This document shows positions 59,205 through 64,000 of a stretch of DNA of 64,000 nucleotides, piece by piece. The first letter of the stretch is position 1; each line of letters opens with the position of its first letter. The notes beneath the pieces are model-generated. The model saw nothing but the letters and a program-made list of their open reading frames with translations. It was not told the origin of the DNA and ran no database searches. The translations under genes were made by a program, and so were the position numbers. The DNA is from Candidatus Poribacteria bacterium (GTDB lineage Bacteria > Poribacteria > WGA-4E > WGA-3G). The DNA is taken from the NCBI GenBank assembly GCA_964291315.2, contig OZ219753.1, positions 864,001 to 928,000 on the forward strand, given 5' to 3'.

Positions 59205-60332
59205 TTATGAAATCAGGGCGACATAAACCTGTGAATGCCCCGACAGATCCGATGTGTAGACAACAGCTGTTTCATCTGGACTGAAAGAGGGGTGTGGATG
59301 CGTCCACTGCGGTCCGTAAACTGTATCCACCTTCATTTCCATCCAGCTCAAGGATTTCTTCCGATCGCCGGCTTGCTGCGCTGCCGCCCAGTCTTCGGCA
59401 AGGGCATATCGATCTGTTTTCCATTGGCTACCGCTTGATGAACTCTGCGGATAACAGATAGGTATGTGTTCACCTGATTCTACATCTACCAACCTTAGAC
59501 CGATGTCAGGGTGAACGGTGTCGCACAACACTTTCGTTCCGTTGCGATTGCTGGCAATATGCCATGCATTAAAATCGGCTATTGTCTGCATCTGTAGCGT
59601 TTCCAGCGACATCCGGCGAAGCGCATAGGGCCAATGCGTCACAATCAGTTCGTCTAGCGTGCCGAGGAAGGTTTCGTGGACAAGAAACTCGTTATTATCA
59701 TGTTGATAGAGGCTTTTGTTTTGCGTGCCATCTCGTTTGATAGTCCACATACGCGGTGCTGGATCACCGGAATACGCGATGAGTTCTGGGTGCTTCGGAT
59801 GAAACTGTGGATGGATAATTGTCTGATTCGGAGATGTATAGATAACGTTGCCGCCACTGCCATCGGTAGCGGTCACCGTAATGTGTGATTTATCATCGTG
59901 CTTCATTGCGGTCACGATAAACTGTTCATCCGTGCTGACGCTGCATTCTCCGAGGCTTCCGCCCGGAAATTCTGCGAGCACACGTTCCGTCAATGTATCG
60001 AGGCAAATCGCTTTTATAGTTTCGCCTTGCGTGTAAAAGAGCTCGGTGCCGTCTTTGGAAATTACCCCGGAGTAGCCGTGGATGTCATCGGCATCTGTCA
60101 GCTGCACGATATCGCCGTTAGGGAATCGTAGTTTGAAAAAGTTTGGTTTTCCTGAACGGTAGGAAGTAAAGATGAGGCATTCTTGATTGGGTGTGAAGGA
60201 AGAGGTCAAAAAGTAGAGATTATGATTGATAGAGGTATCGTTTGTGAGTTGATAAATATGTGTGCCTGTCTGATTGTCTCGAAATTCAAGTAGTTCTGAA
60301 GGGTGAACGGATCCTTTCGCGTATGTTGCCAT
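59205..60332 (-). CDS. oligogalacturonate lyase family beta-propeller
   Basis: D..TG....QLT, LYF, HPQF, HE, WH, HPHPSFSPD....YTSD. Confidence 0.8.
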   Translation of the reverse strand: MATYAKGSVHPSELLEFRDNQTGTHIYQLTNDTSINHNLYFLTSSFTPNQECLIFTSYRSGKPNFFKLRFPNGDIVQLTDADDIHGYSGVISKDGTELFYTQGETIKAICLDTLTERVLAEFPGGSLGECSVSTDEQFIVTAMKHDDKSHITVTATDGSGGNVIYTSPNQTIIHPQFHPKHPELIAYSGDPAPRMWTIKRDGTQNKSLYQHDNNEFLVHETFLGTLDELIVTHWPYALRRMSLETLQMQTIADFNAWHIASNRNGTKVLCDTVHPDIGLRLVDVESGEHIPICYPQSSSSGSQWKTDRYALAEDWAAAQQAGDRKKSLSWMEMKVDTVYGPQWTHPHPSFSPDETAVVYTSDLSGHSQVYVALIS

Positions 60333-60368
60333 AGAGGCCTCCTCGTTGGTTTAGTTATGAAATAAGTT

Positions 60369-61202
60369 CTACGAGTTGAATAGATAATCTAGTAGCTGTT
60401 TGCCCTCGCTGAAATCTCGGATGATAATATCTGCCCCGGCGCGGATGAGGCGCTCCCGTTTGTTGGCGTTCATGTTGTATCTATTGTCTTCTACAGATGC
60501 GACACCGATGGCAATTGCCTCGACTTCTTTCGCGTTTTCGATTTCCACGTATCCGTCTCCAACAATGAGGAGTTCGTTTCCGTTAAGCTTAAAATCTGTG
60601 ATGATTTTCCGGATGACCATTGCTTTAGAAAATTTTTTATATTCCCGCAGTGCGCCGAAAATTCCGCCGTCAAAGTATGCTGCAACTTCAAGGAGCGCCG
60701 CCTCATTTTTCACGAATTCGACATCGGTTCCGCTTGCAAGATAGCAGCTTATCTGCATTTCACGCAGGTTGTGTAGAAACTCGGCACACATGGGAACGCG
60801 CAAGGGCTCGGCAGACAAACTCCCGGCTGCGAGTCCGGCAATGCGTTTCTCAACGATAGGGAGCAGCCGGTGGTTATATTCGTCTTTATAAAGGAGGGGG
60901 TCCTTCGGTTTTCCGCCGCGCTTGGAAATTTCGGCGCTTAATTCGATCATCTGATAGATAGTCTGTTTGCCTGTCAATCTATCCACGAATTCAACGACCA
61001 GTGCTTCAAGTTGTTCTTGCGTCTCGGTTGTGCTTGTTTCAGTTTGGAGGCATTCAATCATCATCGGGACCATCACGTTTTGCCAGCCGTCTCGGATAAG
61101 GGAGATTGTGCCGTCAAAATCAAAAACAACGTGACGAATGTTCCCCGGTTGAATTTCACGGTGGATTTCAATTGCGGTATCATCCAAAAAAATATTTTGC
61201 AT
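60369..61202 (-). CDS. HAD family hydrolase
   Basis: FDFDGTISL, LASGTD, SK, VGDG.VE. Confidence 0.85.
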   Translation of the reverse strand: MQNIFLDDTAIEIHREIQPGNIRHVVFDFDGTISLIRDGWQNVMVPMMIECLQTETSTTETQEQLEALVVEFVDRLTGKQTIYQMIELSAEISKRGGKPKDPLLYKDEYNHRLLPIVEKRIAGLAAGSLSAEPLRVPMCAEFLHNLREMQISCYLASGTDVEFVKNEAALLEVAAYFDGGIFGALREYKKFSKAMVIRKIITDFKLNGNELLIVGDGYVEIENAKEVEAIAIGVASVEDNRYNMNANKRERLIRAGADIIIRDFSEGKQLLDYLFNS

Positions 61203-61216
61203 AGGTATCCTGAAAT

Positions 61217-61278
61217 CGGTTATCGGTTCTCAGGCTCCGGCGAGGGCAATTTCTGGCATCGCTGACTGCCGACAGCCG
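61217..61278. repeat. intergenic palindromic (REP-like) element
   Basis: CGGTTATCGGTTCTCAG...CTGACTGCCGACAGCCG. Confidence 0.4.
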
Positions 61279-61368
61279 CTAGAAAGTCTTGATATTTCTT
61301 TTCTTTCTTGATAGTATAATAACATTTAGATCATTAAGCAACTATTTTGATTCCACAATACAGAACCG

Positions 61369-62244
61369 ATGAACGAAAAAGAGATAGTGAAAAAAATTCA
61401 ACGGATAGAGATATTTACCGATCGGCTCGTCAATACCGTTTTTGCTGGAGAATATGAGAGCGTGTTCAAAGGACAGGGGATCACCTTCGATGAGGTCCGT
61501 GAATATCAGGCAGGCGATGAGATCCGGACGATCGATTGGAATGTGACTGCACGCATGGGACAGGCTTACATCAAAAAGCATGTAGAAGAACGGGAACTTG
61601 CTCTGATGTTGGTTGTTGATATGAGTGCTTCCACCGGGTTCGGAAGTATTGCGAAGACGAAGTCAGAAATCGCGGCCGAAATTGCAGCGCTCCTCGCTTT
61701 TTCTGCTATTAAGAATAACGACAAGGTGGGATTGATCTGTTTTACTGACACCGTTGAGCACTTCGTCGCGCCACGGAAGGGGAGGAGACACGTCTTGCGC
61801 GTTGTTCGAGATATTCTCCGTTTTGAACCGGAGCAGCGTGGCACAAGGATCGAGGACGCGTTGGCATTTCTCGACCGCGTCCTCAAACCGCACAGCGTTG
61901 TGTTCCTCATCTCTGATTTTAAGGATACAGGCTACGAAAAGCAGTTGCGTTTAAGCAGTAAACGGCATTCCCTTATTGCTGTGATTCTACAAGACAGACG
62001 GGAGACGGAATTACCGAATGTTGGACTTATAGAATTAGCGGATGCTGAGAGTGGAGCGACAGTCGTTATTGATACTCGTTCCGGGGAAGCCCGGCAATTA
62101 TATAGAGAAATTAACCAGCGCCTTGATGCTGATCGGAGGCAAATGTTCCGATCAAATCAGATTGATTCTATTCATATCAGAACAGATGAGCCGTATGTAA
62201 AACCGCTTATCCGATTCTTCCGCCAGCGTTCTGCCCGGGGTTAA
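61369..62244 (+). CDS. DUF58 domain (vWA-like) protein
   Basis: FDEVREYQAGDEIRTIDWNVTAR, EEREL, VDMSAS, LISDF. Confidence 0.9.
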   Translation: MNEKEIVKKIQRIEIFTDRLVNTVFAGEYESVFKGQGITFDEVREYQAGDEIRTIDWNVTARMGQAYIKKHVEERELALMLVVDMSASTGFGSIAKTKSEIAAEIAALLAFSAIKNNDKVGLICFTDTVEHFVAPRKGRRHVLRVVRDILRFEPEQRGTRIEDALAFLDRVLKPHSVVFLISDFKDTGYEKQLRLSSKRHSLIAVILQDRRETELPNVGLIELADAESGATVVIDTRSGEARQLYREINQRLDADRRQMFRSNQIDSIHIRTDEPYVKPLIRFFRQRSARG

Positions 62245-62316
62245 ACGTCATACGTTCTGTTTCCCGCGCCTGTTTCTTTGTGTAAGAAAAATTTCACGGT
62301 CCCGTCCCGCTGCGGC

Positions 62317-63210
62317 CTAATCTTCTTCATGGTTGGATTCTGCTGTCAATGCCTGCCAAAATGAGAGCGATGGGCGGTTCATATTGTCGAACATCTGGTG
62401 ATTTCCTTTTTTACAGAACTCGTAAAGTGTTTCGGTCAATGGGATCTGAAATCCGCTTGCTTCTGCTGCTGCAAGGAAATAGGGCAGCTCTGGGTATTTA
62501 ACCACTAGTGCTGCTCCTTTTCCGTCAATGATTCGTTTCGCGATCCTATCGAACTGTCCACGCCATCCGGTCCCCATACTAATTGCTGCTCGGATAGCCT
62601 CCGGATCTACACCTGCGCGGATCCCGAATGCCATCGCTTCCATGAATGCTGCATCGCCAAGCCCCATAGCGAGTTGATTCACACCTTTAACAATCTGTCC
62701 TGAACCACTGGGGCCGCAGTAGACCACGTAGCTCGGTTCTCCGAGAACTTCCAAGATCGGGCGACATTTTTCGACGACTGCCGCGTCGCCTCCAACGAAA
62801 ATACGGAGCGTTCCTGTTTCAGCTCCGTGGGTGCCGCCACTGACCGGTGCGTCTATCAACGTAGCCTGTTTTTGGGTGAGTGCTGTTGCTATCTCGCGTG
62901 TCCTCTCTACTTCTGTTGTACCTAGATCGATAAAAACTTGTCCGTCGCGAGCAGCGGGGATGAGGAGTTCCTCGGCAACCCTGCAAAAAACCTGGGAAGA
63001 ACGCAAGCTGGTCATGACGACCTCGCTGTTTTTTACGACTTCGGTCGCGTCTTTGGCAGCAGTTGCTCCTATTGTGGCAAGGGTTTTGCATTTTACTGCA
63101 TCAATATCATATCCAATGAGCGGGTATCCGGCGCTGTGAAGATTCTCTGCCATCCTTCCGCCCATGTTTCCAAGTCCAATAAAACCAATTCTAGCAAATT
63201 GAGATTGCAT
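62317..63210 (-). CDS. NAD(P)-dependent oxidoreductase, 3-hydroxyisobutyrate dehydrogenase family
   Basis: IGFIGLGNMG, DAPVSGG, GSGQIVK.VNQ. Confidence 0.9.
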   Translation of the reverse strand: MQSQFARIGFIGLGNMGGRMAENLHSAGYPLIGYDIDAVKCKTLATIGATAAKDATEVVKNSEVVMTSLRSSQVFCRVAEELLIPAARDGQVFIDLGTTEVERTREIATALTQKQATLIDAPVSGGTHGAETGTLRIFVGGDAAVVEKCRPILEVLGEPSYVVYCGPSGSGQIVKGVNQLAMGLGDAAFMEAMAFGIRAGVDPEAIRAAISMGTGWRGQFDRIAKRIIDGKGAALVVKYPELPYFLAAAEASGFQIPLTETLYEFCKKGNHQMFDNMNRPSLSFWQALTAESNHEED

Positions 63211-63370
63211 TTTTTTATGGTCTCCTGGGTATTGTCCGACTGTGCTCCGCGAGGGTTTTCGGTTAGCGCCGATGTATCGGATTGTGGCTAGAAGCGCCCT
63301 CGAGAACTAGCAGCCGTTTGAAATAGCTATCCGTTAGATAAAACATGACTTGATGCCTATCTTATATTCG

Positions 63371-63399
63371 TTGACATCTATCTCTAATTGTGATAGGCT
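63371..63399 (+). promoter_or_regulatory. putative sigma70 promoter
   Basis: TTGACA-17bp-TAGGCT. Confidence 0.5.
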
Positions 63400-63466
63400 A
63401 GTGTCAATTCGGTGTCGTCACGTCGAAACCGAAAAGAGAGTTAGATAAAGATTAGGAGGAAAGAGT

Positions 63467-63787
63467 ATGTATGTTATCATCGCCCCCCTTCAGATTAAAG
63501 AAGCACACAGAGAGGCGTTCCTCGATGCAATGCTTGACGATGCGAAAGGTTCTATTGAGAATGAGCCCGGTTGCCTGAGGTTCGATGTTATTCAAGATGG
63601 TGCAGATCCGAACCGAATCTGGCTGTATGAGGTGTATGTAGATAAAGCGGCCTTCGAAGAGCATCTGAAAACCCCACATTTCATCAAGTGGCGAGATACT
63701 GTCAAAGATTGGTTCGATGAGAGCGAACTTAAAGGCGCAGGCCGCGGCAGTTCCAACATTTACCCGCCGGACGACGACTGGAGGTAG
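63467..63787 (+). CDS. antibiotic biosynthesis monooxygenase (LsrG-like) protein
   Basis: EPGCLRFDV, LYEVY, HLKTPHF..W; AGGAGG RBS. Confidence 0.88.
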   Translation: MYVIIAPLQIKEAHREAFLDAMLDDAKGSIENEPGCLRFDVIQDGADPNRIWLYEVYVDKAAFEEHLKTPHFIKWRDTVKDWFDESELKGAGRGSSNIYPPDDDWR

Positions 63788-63944
63788 GTCAATATATCTT
63801 TCAAATAGACCGAAACGTTCGCCTATTCCTTAGGTTCCCGGTTTTCTTGTAGGGCAGAGAATGTTTCTTTGTAGAAGTGATTTCTAACCTCGTTATCTCC
63901 TTGGGGTTGAAGCCCCAGTCTCCATACGAAAGGCAGGCACAGGT

Positions 63945-64000
63945 ATGATGCAATTCACCGAGGCACTTGTTAAGACGTACGAAAAGTACGCTCACGAAAG
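63945..64000 (+). CDS. possible start of a CDS running off the window
   Basis: MMQFTEALVKTYEKYAHE... open to the edge, purine-rich upstream. Confidence 0.3.
   Translation, partial: MMQFTEALVKTYEKYAHE

Noticed and set aside
63801-63995. 64-aa minus-strand ORF
   Set aside because: No motif or protein-like composition; a + strand start at 63945 is at least as plausible
1-64000. CRISPR arrays, tRNA, rRNA, prophage genes, and the many short overlapping ORFs in the track
   Set aside because: No regularly spaced repeats, tRNA cloverleaves with T-loop consensus, rRNA or phage hallmark motifs were seen; the short ORFs lie antisense or out of frame to well-supported genes

Overview
A gene-dense bacterial chromosome segment with no rRNA, tRNA or CRISPR array. 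The gene repertoire suggests Candidatus Poribacteria or a relative; this is an inference from two DUF6785/6784-like membrane paralogs, FlgD-Ig-tailed and PorV-like proteins and many oxidoreductases. Housekeeping and metabolic genes include thrB, pcm, sppA, a molybdenum hydroxylase M/S/L trio, degP, an orphan fusA, rpoB, rpoC, fumC and lon. The most striking feature is the RNA polymerase locus. Beta (1752 aa) and beta' (1970 aa) are enlarged by about 18 diverged copies of one ~40-aa module that resembles a native segment of the beta' clamp. About 12 copies form a ~690-aa trigger-loop insertion. One copy in beta is split by an apparently inactive HsdR-N/PD-(D/E)XK nuclease-like domain. The polymerase also has substitutions at rifampicin-resistance positions, an extra Cys4 cluster and an F-loop insertion. 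It lies away from the usual rpl/rps neighbours and is preceded by a consensus promoter, a structured ~155-nt RNA and a decayed tnpB element. Other highlights: a full-length P-type ATPase lacking every catalytic motif, a UGA-recoded DUF3179 selenoprotein with SECIS, a sensor-less sigma54 activator with its promoter, enhancer sites and divergent target, a PorV-like barrel-SppA fusion in a T9SS-like cluster, and two further candidate ncRNAs. All assignments come from reading motifs by eye; no searches were run.
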